A DNA stretch of 63,420 bases, filler included, from Octopus bimaculoides (Eukaryota): NCBI RefSeq assembly GCF_001194135.2. It is 4 parts of 4 records of this genome, joined end to end, with 100 filler letters (N's around TTAATTAATTAA, not from the genome) between each part and the next. Parts side by side here need not be neighbours in the genome. Positions count along the whole stretch, not along the records: positions 21,839 to 51,744 come from NC_068981.1; 3 more parts are not named here. One strand, written 5' to 3'. The position numbers and the translations under genes were made by a program. Below are positions 37,415 through 49,695 of the stretch, piece after piece. The notes under the pieces are model-generated. The model saw only the letters and a list, made by a program, of their open reading frames with translations, had not been told where the DNA came from and made no database searches. Within the stretch, counting starts at the first letter, position 1. Each line of letters begins with the position of its first letter.

Positions 37415-38231
37415 CTGTAAATTTATCGCGAGTAATTATATTGTCTGGTAATTTCATCGTAAAGTATTTTCATGATCATACTTTTTATCAGCAGAGTAAA
37501 TAAATCGCTAAACATTATTCAAAGTTTTTATTCGTAGAGTAGTTTTATTCACAAAGTATTCGCAAGTTTTATTTGCATGACATTTCATTAAAAATGAAAA
37601 ATAGAAGAAAAAAAAATCAAGTGCAAAAATGTCATGCTATGGTTTGAAATTTTTTTAGAAATCATGGAGGAGAATCGAGAAACGAAGTAACAGCTGAACA
37701 GTATATCACCGCTTCAGAAATTTCAATCACAAAAAGAAATTTAAAAGATAGCTTAGCAAGAATTCAATGTATCGGCAATGATTATCAAAATCACGGAAAA
37801 CTGAGAAACATTACTCATAATTTGTCTTATTAATTACAATGTTTCTTCTTTCTTGTAATTTAAGAGAAATATAATTTTACGGCAGATTTTTCATGTGGTT
37901 CTATGTTTTCAAAGTAAATTTTGATTTTGTTTTCGTGTATATATTGAAAAAAAATTTATATTAATTTCATGGTCCTTGAATTTCCTTTTTAGTGTTAATA
38001 AAATGCATTTACTCTGCTAATAAAACCCTTAAATAAACTTTAGTGATGTATTTACTCTACGAATAATAAATATGACAATAAAATTACTGACGGCGTTTTG
38101 TGTAGCATAATAATGAAGTCGCCTTAGATATATCGGTTGACGAAGTAATTACCATGCGATGAAATTCCTGCGCGTAAAATATTAAGAGCGATATATTCAC
38201 TTTTATGTAATTACTTGCGATAAATTTACGG
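37415..38231. mobile_element. Non-autonomous TIR element (Tc2-like MITE/foldback)
   Basis: 26-bp TIRs ctgtaaatttatcgcgagtaattata / tgtaattacttgcgataaatttacgg (3 mismatches) plus inverted subterminal ~43-bp repeats (ttttatcagcagagtaaat at ~37483-37540, mirrored at ~38008-38070). Confidence 0.7.
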
Positions 38232-38240
38232 AACGATATC

Positions 38241-39049
38241 TCAGTATTTCCAGTAAAGAAAACGAACTTCAGCGCTTCTTTCTAGTCTCGTCAAAGACAT
38301 GATGTCTCTGAAAGTTAAATACGTTGCTCCTGAGCCAATGGGCTCCTCTAATGCTGCTGCTTCAACATTCTAATGGATTTCATGGAATTCTTTTTCCTAA
38401 ATTTTGAGGCAATGAACTATCTTCTCCACCTTGGAAAGACAGGACAAACAGCGTGAGGATGAACCTTGTTCTGGGAGTCAGACTAAGCACTTAGTTCTTG
38501 TCTGTATTCTGCTGTCAGATGTCTTGTTTCCTTCAAGATACGATACAAGCTGGCTATAAAGTTCTTTTGTTCCTTTCATATCTACCAAATAGTCATGGAC
38601 CTTGAATATTGGTTTTTCTCTTCTTGATGAGGACATAGCATTCTTCTTCAAGACTGATACCCACAAACTGAATGATGCGTTTGACAAAAAGCACTTCGTA
38701 CACTTTCTGGACGCTTTCATCGATGTTCAAAATCTATGGAATGTATATCTTGGAGAATATACGTGCGATGAATTTATGAATCTGGTCATCGTTTGATTCA
38801 AAATGATCCACGCAAATCAACATGGCAGCCTTGATCTTGTAGACAGCGTCATTCTCTTTCCTAATAAGACTTTTTGTATCTGAGACTGTTCATATGTTTT
38901 ATGAGCTCTTCGCACTTGCCGTTGAGGAGGTGACTTTTCTCTGGAGACTGTTTTCGCAGCAAAAGTTCTTCCCACGTCCGAGTGTCCTCAAACGTGTTAA
39001 ATATAACTTTACATAAATTCACTTTATTCAACACTGCTTCGTGCGACAT
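38241..39049 (-). pseudogene. Disrupted intronless ORF of ~268 codons, family not recognised
   Basis: ATG at 39049; protein-like reading MSHEAVLNKVNLCK...ERSAEVRFLYWKY* can be reconstructed with two +1 frameshifts and four internal stops (3 TAG, 1 TGA); non-repetitive and more GC-rich than the flanks. Confidence 0.5.
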
Positions 39050-39129
39050 TATTTAGATCTAGCTTGGCCAAGCTTTACATTAACACTCGGTGCTCTAATA
39101 TCGGGTTGTGACAGGCAAATTTCGTTTTC

Positions 39130-39260
39130 GTAGTTGATGACGCAAAGAGCATAGAAGCACATAGATCCTACGAATTAGTGACGTCATTAAAAATCCAATG
39201 TTTTACACGTATGTTATCAAAGAAGAGAATTTTTTTCGATGCTATTTCCACAGCGGAAGC
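39130..39260 (-). promoter_or_regulatory. Promoter-like motif cluster upstream of the disrupted ORF
   Basis: Palindromic CRE tgacgtca 39179-39186, CCAAT 39195-39199, ETS-like cggaag 39254-39259 and a half-CRE tgacg near 39138. Confidence 0.3.
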
Positions 39261-39873
39261 TCTTCCTACGTCCAAGTTTACTCGAACATGTTAAATATGA
39301 ACTTACACAAACATACTTATGAAACATATGACCATACGGTGTATGACTCTTTACAAACCGCTTTGCACAATCACGGATAATGCCTTTTCAGTACGTTACA
39401 AACATGTAGATCCACCAGATATACCTAGTTTACACAATTACATATTTATCTGCGAACATAGAACGACAAATGTCCGAAATTAATACAAACTGCATTAATC
39501 TCATGTCATGTGTACTGCCTAGCCTCATGAAATAATTTATTTTGTAAGGTTCTGCATTGACCTTGTGTTATCGCTTTTCCTGCTCTTATAATAGTGTCAA
39601 CTGTCACAAACTCTCACGCCGTCACTGTTCAAATTCATGTTCTGTTGACATGCCATTTCATTTACATTCATCCATTGTCAACATTAATATTTCTCTCACC
39701 TTACTGAATAGCCACTTTATTTTCTTTTCCTATTGTCATTTATGAATTGTTCACTACATATTTACAATTTACTAAAAACGTCTAGTAAGTCATACATTAG
39801 CAAATCACTCACAATGTTAGCAGCAAATTGTATGCATGAAAGTACTATGTATGTATGTATATATGTATTATGT

Positions 39874-39921
<48 letters not shown>

Positions 39922-40651
39922 TTACAATCATACATGCGCACGTATATACATACATACATACATACATACATACATAAACGGACCATCGTGACACAAACTA
40001 TTTCTCTTATACAAACAAATACACACTTTTGTATATATATTAATGTGAATATCCTACGTCGTGATAAAGAATTTAATTGTTCGCAGTCCACGAGGGCCAT
40101 TTACAAGCATTACTTATTCAATATACATATGAATACTTGTGCATATGTCTACATGCGTTTAGGTTACGGTGCGAAAAAAGAAATTTAAACACCTGCCTTC
40201 AACTGGAAATGATGTCAGAATCCTGCCCACTAGTTAAACAGGTTTAAGAGGTTATGCACACTTACGTAGGTACATACGTTCGAATGTATGTATGTATGTA
40301 TGTATGTATGTATGTATGTATGTATGTATGTGTGTGTGTATGTATGTATGTATGTATNNNNNNNNNNNNNNNNNNNNNNNNNNNNNNNNNNNNNNNNNNN
40401 NNNNNNNNNNNNNNNNNNNNNNNNNNNNNNNNNNNNNNNNNNNNNNNNNNNNNNNNNNNNNNNNNNNNNNNNNNNNNNNNNNNNNNNNNNNNNNNNNNNN
40501 NNNNNNNNNNNNNNNNNNNNNNNNNNNNNNNNNNNNNNNNNNNNNNNNNNNNNNNNNNNNNNNNNNNNNNNNNNNNNNNNNNNNNNNNNNNNNNNNNNNN
40601 NNNNNNNNNNNNNNNNNNNNNNNNNNNNNNNNNNNNNNNNNNNNNNNNNNN

Positions 40652-40685
<34 letters not shown>

Positions 40686-40920
40686 CTGAGAGAGATATGA
40701 TGAGGTGAAAGAAAGAGAGAGCGGGGGGGGGAGGCAGTGATACAGCGAGTTAAGTATAATTGTTTTAACTTCATAAAAAACATTAAACGTTGCCCGGATA
40801 AAGATTCATTGCATGCGTAGATAGTTATTCAAATATTTATTCTAAAATTCATTATAATATGTTGACAGTGTCTTTTGGAGATTTTATTTGATTTACTCAA
40901 ATTGTCTGCGTTTATATGTC

Positions 40921-40951
<31 letters not shown>

Positions 40952-40960
40952 GTATTTATG

Positions 40961-40992
<32 letters not shown>

Positions 40993-40999
40993 CATGTCC

Positions 41000-41049
<50 letters not shown>

Positions 41050-41107
41050 TTATCTATCTATCTATATGTCTATCTATCTTATCTTACTATATATATATAT
41101 ATACAAT

Positions 41108-41247
41108 TGCAGCGTGGAACGTGTTTATAAGCCATTTAAAGAAACACAAAAACCGTTAGATTCACTCAAACATTTAAATTTAATTTGTCAAAATATTTTC
41201 GTCGCTTTGAAACCGCGACCTCTTCACAGACAAAATTCCGTGCTGCA
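41108..41247 (-). other. 140-bp element with short terminal inverted repeats and a hammerhead-like fold
   Basis: Termini tgcagcgtggaa / ttccgtgctgca (10/12); minus strand tttgtc-tgtgaagag-gtcgc(ggtttcaaa)gcgac-gaaa-atattt-t-gacaaa. Confidence 0.4.
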
Positions 41248-41310
41248 CCTGAGAAAGTAACACATAGTTCATGATATGTATGTATGTATGTTTGTATGTA
41301 TCTATCTATG

Positions 41311-41352
<42 letters not shown>

Positions 41353-41484
41353 CTTTTGTATGTATGTAAGTATTTAGGTATATAAATGTATAGACGTATC
41401 TGTGTGTGTGTATATGTCTAAGTACATGTGAACGTATGTTTATGCACTGACATGTGTGTCTGTTCATGTTGTATATTTGCTTGT

Positions 41485-42132
41485 TTAATCCTTCAGCTAT
41501 TTAATGCTTTTTGGGGGCCTGCAATCCCTATATTATTGATTCTATTATTATCATTTTTTAAAAATAGTTTCACTAGAATAACATAATTAATATCTTCGCA
41601 AATGAATTTTTCGTAAATTATTTTTCTTCGTGAATTGTTTGCCCCTGTATCGAGATTATTTCCACACTGTTGGCTGCAATGATTTCAGCGCAAAAAGATT
41701 CAGTTGCGGCGCAGACTTCAAAACGATAAGTTGGAAGTCTCTATCATGGTAACGTGTGCTGAAGAAGCTAAGGCTATTTTTTGCCAGTGCAGGCACTGGT
41801 CCACGTGAGTCCAAATACTTACATGTACGTTGGGAGATTGTCTTAGCCTGATTTGCCTTCGGTGGATTTGTGTAGTCATCATCAGTGTATTTTGGTAATT
41901 TAAATAAGGGTTTTGACTGTTATTTCCAGCAATTAGACATACTTAGTATGTCCTTTGATTAATTTTAATCCATCAGCTATTAATGCTTTTTGGGGCCTGC
42001 AATCGCCTATATTATTGATTCTGTTATTATTTTTTTAAATAGTTACAATAGATAATAACAAAATTAATAATATCTTCGCAAACTAATTTTTCATGAATTA
42101 TTTTTCTCGTGGATTGTTTGCCCCTGTATCGA
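41485..42132. repeat. ~170-bp direct repeats flanking a ~310-bp unique spacer
   Basis: 41485-41653 and 41965-42132 align from ttaatcc.tcagctat to gcccctgtatcga with small indels. Confidence 0.88.
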
Positions 42133-42159
42133 TATACAAATATATATACTACGGCATTC

Positions 42160-42529
42160 CGTCGGTTGCGACGACAAGGGTTCCAGTTGATCTAATCAAT
42201 TGAACAGCCTTCTCGTGGAATTAACGTGCAAATGGCTGAGCACTTCACAGACACGTGTACCCTTAACGTAGCTCTCGGGGATATTGAGAGTGACACAAAG
42301 TGTGACAAGGCTTGCCCTTTGAAATACAGGTAAAAAAGAAACAGGAAGAAAGAGTGAGAGAAAGTTGTGGTGAAAGAGTACAGCAGGGTTCGCCACCACC
42401 CTCTGCCGGAGCCTCGTGGAACTTTAGGTGTTTTCGCTCAATAAACACTCACAACGGCGGTCTGGGGATCGAAACAGCGATCCTACGACCGCGAGTCTGC
42501 TACCCTAGCCACTGGGCCATTGCGCCTCC
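42160..42529 (-). mobile_element. SINE family A
   Basis: Reverse complement of family A, ending ccactgggccattgcgcctcc. Confidence 0.92.
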
Positions 42530-42679
42530 ATACACACTCACACACACACATATATATACATATATATATATGTCCCTCTCACCACCCTCTAAAGGTGAAT
42601 GGATACAATGGCTTATATACACACATGCAAATATAAACCTACCTATACATATGTACAAGCACATACAATCATATAAACA

Positions 42680-42727
<48 letters not shown>

Positions 42728-42850
42728 NNNNNNNNNNNNNNNNNNNNNNNNNNNNNNNNNNNNNTTCTTCTTCTTCTTCTTCTTCTTCTTCTTCTTCTTC
42801 TTCTTCTTCTTCTTCTTCTTCTTCTTCTTCTTCTTCTTCTTCGTCTTCTT

Positions 42851-42902
<52 letters not shown>

Positions 42903-44109
42903 AACTATATATATATATATAGCTGTGTCATAAAATAAATATATTCATACATATGTTATCATTTTCTTCAATTTGAAAAGAAGTTATTTCATTTTTTATA
43001 CAAGATAATAATATCGCTTATAAACATCCACTCATCGACCCCCTAATACTTTTTTCCTGTATCTCATTATAGCATCTTAAGTTTTATAGTGTGTTACCCC
43101 TTTAATTGGTAATTAACATCATGAATTAAAGTCAATCCCTACCCTGGCTCTTTTTTATAGAACGGTTACTTTTATCTAATTGACTTTTCTAAAGTTTTGT
43201 TTTCTTTTTCTCTTGTGGGTAAAGGGATACCTATGACAATATTCATGACCAATAGCTAGTCATGAGCTGTCAACCCACTTTTCCTCTTTATTCAAAAATT
43301 TACACTGTCTTCTTGTCTCAGATTTAGTTGATGATAAAGGGATAAATAAATTGGGAATGAATTCCAATACTATGACCCCACTATGCTCCATGCTATTCTA
43401 GGAAATTGTAGTCTGTTTTTCTTAACCATTCTTGCTACAATAGCGACAACATGAATTTCTTCCAGCTTCTTGCTCTGTTAATATATTTAAAAAAAAACTA
43501 TACTAATGTATCCTACCTGTTAAAGTTCCATATATTCCTTTGTGCAGCTGAAGATAGCGCAGTATTTAAATTGATGTAATGATTGCATTGTTCAATTAAA
43601 TAGAGCCGCTTGAAACGGTCGCACTGTTTTACTACTTGATATCTTGTTGCCTATATTGATTATATATATATATATATATATACCCATGCATGCATACATA
43701 TGCATACATGCATACATACACAACCATGATAGGCCCGTCTTGTTTTTCTTTTTCTCAGACATCTACAATTTATCTTAGACTATGTTTTCCAAAGTGTATT
43801 TCGATTTGTAATTTAGTAGAATTGTAGTTTTAATATTTCTAGTAAATCGTACGAAAACTGAATGCTCTCTGGATGTTTCGCAGGGAGAATCTGAACTCAG
43901 CATTGTGAGAAACACGCGTTAGCTAGTGGTAAAACACAAAGAAAATTAATGCTTGTTTCGATTTTCAGTTATGCCTGTGTTAGGTTCACTTTTACATCTC
44001 GTATATGTGAATATGTTTTATGGGAGTATATCAGTAATATATTGTGAGTAGATGCAACAAAATACACAGCTCGGCTGTTAAGTGTTCGCGTCGTACTAAG
44101 TAAATATTA

Positions 44110-44312
44110 TGATTGCTTCAAATTTGGCACAAGGCTAGTAACTTTAGTGGAAGGGGATTAGTCGATTATAACGACCCTAGCGCTTGACTGCTACTTATTT
44201 TATCGACCTGAGACAGATGAAAAGCGAAATTGAAATCAGGACGGAAAGAGCCGGACGAAATGCCGCTAAGCATTTCGTCCGAGGCGCTAACGACTCTGCC
44301 AACTCAGCACCT
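44110..44312 (-). mobile_element. SINE family B (minus strand)
   Basis: The reverse complement reads aaggtgctgagttggcagagtcgttagcgcc...ccttgtgccaaatttgaa. Confidence 0.82.
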
Positions 44313-45644
44313 TAAACATAAATATCCAGAATATGAAGGCAGCCCCGCCCCAAGATATACATACATACATACATACATACGTACATACATACATACGTAC
44401 ATACATACATACATGCACACATACATACATACATACATACACACATACATACATACATACATACATACATACATACACAAAGATACAACGATCAGATGCA
44501 TATAAATATACATGTGCATGTTAGAATAATCTATCTATTTATCTATCTCTTTGTCCCCCCCCTCTCATATATATATNNNNNNNNNNATATATATATATAT
44601 GGTTTTGGTCGTGTAGAAAAGCGTTCTTATTTTATTTATATAATATTTCCTATTATTTTTCGTGGTAATTTAATTATTCACCGTTGTAACGTTTAAATCA
44701 AAGTAAAAAAAAAAACTGAAACAAAGATTTAAAATTTCAAATATTTTAAAGAAACCTTTCAGAGCTTCAAAGAATTTTAACCATAATTACGTAAATTGTT
44801 TACACAGCTAAAACAGAGATGTTTTCATTAGATGCTGGAATGCAAGCGTAACTATTTTACGATCCGCTGGACCGGTTCGTGTTTAGATTAATATGGAATA
44901 AAATAGGAAGAGCAAAGTTACAAAATATTGTTGACCTTCAGCTGAAATAAAATAACGGTTATAGAAATTAAAGTAAAAATATAAACAATTCTGCGGATAA
45001 CTACATTTGCTATTGTTTTAATATTTTTTCCAGAAATAGCCAAAATATACATAAAAACAGTAAAATTGTGTTTAATGTATTTACATAATTTGAAATGATT
45101 AAAATTATAAACGAGCAACTCCAGACATTATGATAAAACATTTAACAAAATAAAACACTTCAAAAATATCATTTGACTAAATGAGGTAAAGAAGCCTGTT
45201 TTGTTTGTTTAGTGACAGGATATGCTGGATGTCAATACTTAAAAAAATTAAAACTATCGATTTAAAAAGAGTTTGTAATTAAATATTGATTTCTTTTGAC
45301 TAAGTTGAATAACAGTTTTTTTTTAAAGAGGAAGTGTTATAGACAAGTGAACTGATCTAATAACATTCTGTGTTTAGTTAGTCCATCAACTTGAAAGAGG
45401 TGAAACGCAACGATGAGCCTGACGGGATTTTAACAGGCAAGGATCTGCTGGGTCAAGCATTTGTCCAACGTATGACGTTCTCAACCATTTCCAGCAATAA
45501 CGAATGAGCGGCCCACATAAGCAGCCGTGCAAATGTATAGAAGCAGCAGTTGAATATCCCTCAAAATAATACTCTACTGCCTTCAAAGGAGGAGGACACA
45601 GTCCATAATTTAATCCCAAATACACTACCCGATTTAGAAAAAAA

Positions 45645-46035
45645 AGGCTGTGTGGTAAGTAGCTTGCTTACCAACCACATGGTTCCGGGTTCAGTCCCAC
45701 TGCGTGGCACCTTGGGCAAGTGCCTTCTACTATAGCCTCGGGCCGACCAAAGCCTTGTGAGTGGATTTGGTAGACGGAAACTGAAAGAAGCCCGTCGTAT
45801 ATATGTATGTATATATATATGTGTGTGTGTCTTTGTGTGTCTGTGTTTGTCCCCCTAGCATTGCTTGATAACCGATGCTGGTGTGTCAATGTCCCCGTAA
45901 CTTAGCGGTTTGGCAAAAGAGACCGATAGAATAACTACTAGGCTTACAAAGAATAAGTCCCGGGGTCGATTTGCTCGACTAAAGGCGGTGCTCCAGCATG
46001 GCCGCAGTCAAATGACTGAAACAAGTAAAAGAGTA
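45645..46035 (+). mobile_element. Full-length SINE family C (tRNA head, CORE-like segment, internal TG tract, LINE-like tail)
   Basis: ggctgtgtggtaagtagc...ggttccgggttcagtccc (A/B boxes), CORE-like accttgggcaagtg, TA/TG tract at ~45798-45850, tail ggcggtgctccagcatggccgcagtcaaatgactgaaacaagtaaaaga. Confidence 0.9.
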
Positions 46036-47277
46036 AAATGTAGTGATCATAATTTGAACTAGCTCAATCAATAGACCTATTTAGACAGGGCTAATCTGCA
46101 GTGAAACAACAAAAACACTGACAACACTGCAACTGGTGTCGCCGTCGACGACAACGAAGGATTAATTACGAAATAACTATATTTAATGGATTATGCAAAC
46201 TCTTAGTGAAATTAGAACACTAAAAGTGCTGAGAGGATTTATAGTGTTTGCAAGTGAGGCTAGTCTCCAATATTTACTTCTCTTACAAAATGTCTGCGTA
46301 AAAATCGGCGAAATTTTTCCGTCTTTATTATATTTATACCTAATTTTCTGATTTGCTGAGAATTATTGATTTTATTACTCTTTGAAATTATTTAGACTGA
46401 AATAATAAAATTTAATGTGAAATAGGAACTACAGCACAAAATGAGAGAACTTTGGATCTGAAAATTTCAGAAAAAAATATGGAAACACACACACACGCAC
46501 AAAAAAAAAAAAGAAACGCACAATAACATGGATGTATAAACTGATCAGTATCAACTGTAAAAATAAATACTGATACTAAAATGTTTTATTTTATTGTTTT
46601 ATTTTATTACATTTGTTATATAATGGCTTCTTTTACAGCAGACATGAAGAATATATGATGTGTGACGTTTATGCTTCTCTCGAGAGCATTAATGGTAGAT
46701 GGATTTTACAGAGTATTGTTAAATTCCTTTTATGAACTTAGTTCTTAATTCCAGTTACATTCTACCTCTTTTTCTATCAATCCCTTAAACATAAAACGGG
46801 TGTATACATGTGTATGTATGTACATACATACAAACTTGTGTGTATGCGTGTGTGTGTTTGTGCGTCTTACCTCTGGCTTTTATTCCATTTACAACCAGTG
46901 TTCATTTGTTTACATCCCAGTAACTAGTCAAATTTAACCTTTAAGGGATTTGAACACCAAGTACAGAGTATCTGAATTAACGACTTCACCAAAACCATGC
47001 CTAAAAACCAACCGAATAGTTTTGATATGCACCTCAGGTCATTAGAGCCGTGGATTAACAGAACTGTGAGACGAAATATTTTTCAACATATGTTACATAT
47101 ATTAATCTTTACACTCCCTGTACAAAGATTATTATTGTGAGTTTTGCATTTTCTCCTTCCAGTGTCTATAAAATAAAATATTAGCTAAATACTCACTATA
47201 CCCTCCGCGAAATATTTGTAGTTCTGCGTCTGTTTTGGAAATCAGTATACAATATTTTTTTTCTTTACCTAGGCAGT

Positions 47278-47930
47278 AAGGTGGCAGTACAGTTAGCACG
47301 TCGAAAAATGCTTTGCGTATTTTTTCACGCTCTTTACTTTCTCTGTTCAAATATCGTTGAGTTCAACTTTACTTCCATCCTTTCAGGATCGATAAAATAA
47401 GTACTAGTCAAATACAGGAGTCGATATAACTGACTATCCACCAATCCTTAAACTACTGACTCTTACTAAAAATTTGAAACCAATATTTTGACTCTAGACA
47501 GTAAGCTAGCAGTATCGTTAGAACGTTGGAAAACATACTTTGCGAATTTCTTCCGGCTCTTTAATGTCTGAGTTCAAATCCCGCCGAGGTCAGCTTTGCT
47601 TTCCACAATTCTGAGGTCGATAAAATAAAGCAGCAGTCAATTAATTGAGTCAATGCAATCACTAATCTCGCCTACTTAAAATTGTTGTACCAAAATCAGA
47701 AACCATTTAAAGGTAGCGAACAGGCAGAATCGTTAGCGTATCAAAAAAATATTTGCGATATTTCACTCAACTCTTTATGTTTTGAGTTCACACCTCGCCG
47801 AGCTAGTCTTTTCGTTTAATCACTCCCCGTTCAATAAAAAATTGGTATCTGTCAAGTACTGAGATTGATACCATTAATTAATCTTCTCTCTTCACAACTG
47901 CTGGCCTTGTGCCGATATCAGAAACCATAT
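47278..47930 (+). mobile_element. Three head-to-tail degraded SINE B copies
   Basis: Heads at ~47278, ~47497 and ~47710, each followed by a B-box-like gttca and gtcgata..aa motifs. Confidence 0.78.
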
Positions 47931-48621
47931 TTATTGAGCCTGCAATAATGAGAATCAAAGCGGATCGGGATGGGATTTAAAACATCTTTTCAATGGGACT
48001 TAACTAAAACTAACCATTGAAAGCTATTTATCCGTCATTCTACGTTTTAACTACCACCACCGCGGTAAATAACTTCCTTTCTTTTCTGCCGAAAGAATAA
48101 GCTATTTAGTGATGCCAGGCAGCACCAACAACAGTAGTAGCACCACCAAACATTATCCCGCACAACACTATAGTCAGTAGTCTCAATGTACACTAAAGGC
48201 TATACGTTTTCTTGTTTTAATTTCAACTTAGGTTTGCCGCTATGCTTAAATGTTATATTTCCCGTTTACTCTCAGACTTACAAAATGTCGTCCAACATGA
48301 CAGTGTTGAAAATGAAGGAGAGTGATTTTAGCTACAAATAAACTTCAGCGTGTCTATTTCCTGTTTCGTTTTTATTGCCACGTACGTAATGGATTTGAAA
48401 AAATGCAGGTCACGAGGCGCTATCTACATATGCATACAAAGTCACATACATACATACATATACATGAATGCATAGATGCGCATGTACATATATATATATA
48501 TATACACGTTTATACATATAGGTTGATATAGGCATACTTTTATACCTATATATACATACGTGTGTACACGTGTGTATGTATATGCATATATATGTATGTA
48601 TGTGTTTGTACGTAAATGCGT

Positions 48622-48657
<36 letters not shown>

Positions 48658-48999
48658 ATTTATATATGTTATGTGTTGAGTGCTGAATATACCTTTTCAC
48701 CTACCCGCTGAAGGTGTTTCTTTCGCCTTCATTGGCTTTAAACACTTTAAACATTTCAGTTCAGATTCTTTGATGAGAGGGAAATGTAGAAACATAATTT
48801 AAAGTGAATTTTATATACTTGAGTCACAGAGAAGTGGGGAGATAAAAAGCAAGTAAGAAGAAACAAAAGAAAGAATTCCATCTTGTTTAGCCACGGATCA
48901 GCCCTGGCATATATTGAGCGGTGTTCTATCCGTGACCATTGAAGTGTTTGTTTCGACTTAATGTATTTACCAAGGGATATATGAAATCTTTCCCTCCTT

Positions 49000-49370
49000 A
49001 TTTATTGGGCTGTAATTTAAGGGAAATTTGGTTGTCATTTCTCGCATCTTGTAGCAAAAACATGGAGGAAAGTGAACTTGCTGTTGTGAGATACGTTTCT
49101 TGGTCTTAGACGTAACGCAATGGCTGCCGTGGCGAAGTACGAATTCATAATTCTTGGGATGCTTTTATGGTATTAATTGAATCAACATTTGTGTCCTGAA
49201 TAGACGGATGGAAGAGAAGAAAGTATTGCTAAATATATTAGACAAAGAAACAATATAGAAAGTGACAGAGCAGTAGTTGTGAGATGGCTAGAAGGGAGTG
49301 TGATTTGAGGGAAATTTGACTGTTGTATCAAGCAGGTCGCGTGCCTGTGCGGAGGTCTTACTTTGTTAGC
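49000..49370 (+). repeat. Two fragments of another dispersed repeat (family D)
   Basis: Motif tttgagggaaatttg(g/a)ctg.t.t.tc.agcaggtcg at ~49010 and ~49300; related copies at ~735, ~19395, ~41900 and ~55430. Confidence 0.6.
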
Positions 49371-49581
49371 TCGAAGTAAATTTTCATATTGATGTACAGT
49401 TCTAGACCGGACATGGAAAACTATGATGAAATGTGTTTTAGTCGTGCAATTAGCGTTGTTTGTGTATCATTAACTATACAGTTTAATGTAGCCTTTAAAA
49501 TTGTTTTTAAACAATAATCTTATATAAGAGTGTGATTTGTGAGAGTTTTGGCAACTGTTTTCAGCTGGTTGGGGTTGCGGA

Positions 49582-49695
<114 letters not shown>

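Noticed and set aside
43030-43620. Possible LINE endonuclease fragment (minus-strand GIDFNS)
   Set aside because: A single weak motif amid many stops; not enough to call.
45380-45625. Short open frames in unique sequence upstream of SINE C
   Set aside because: No recognisable protein motif and no convincing splice-site pair.
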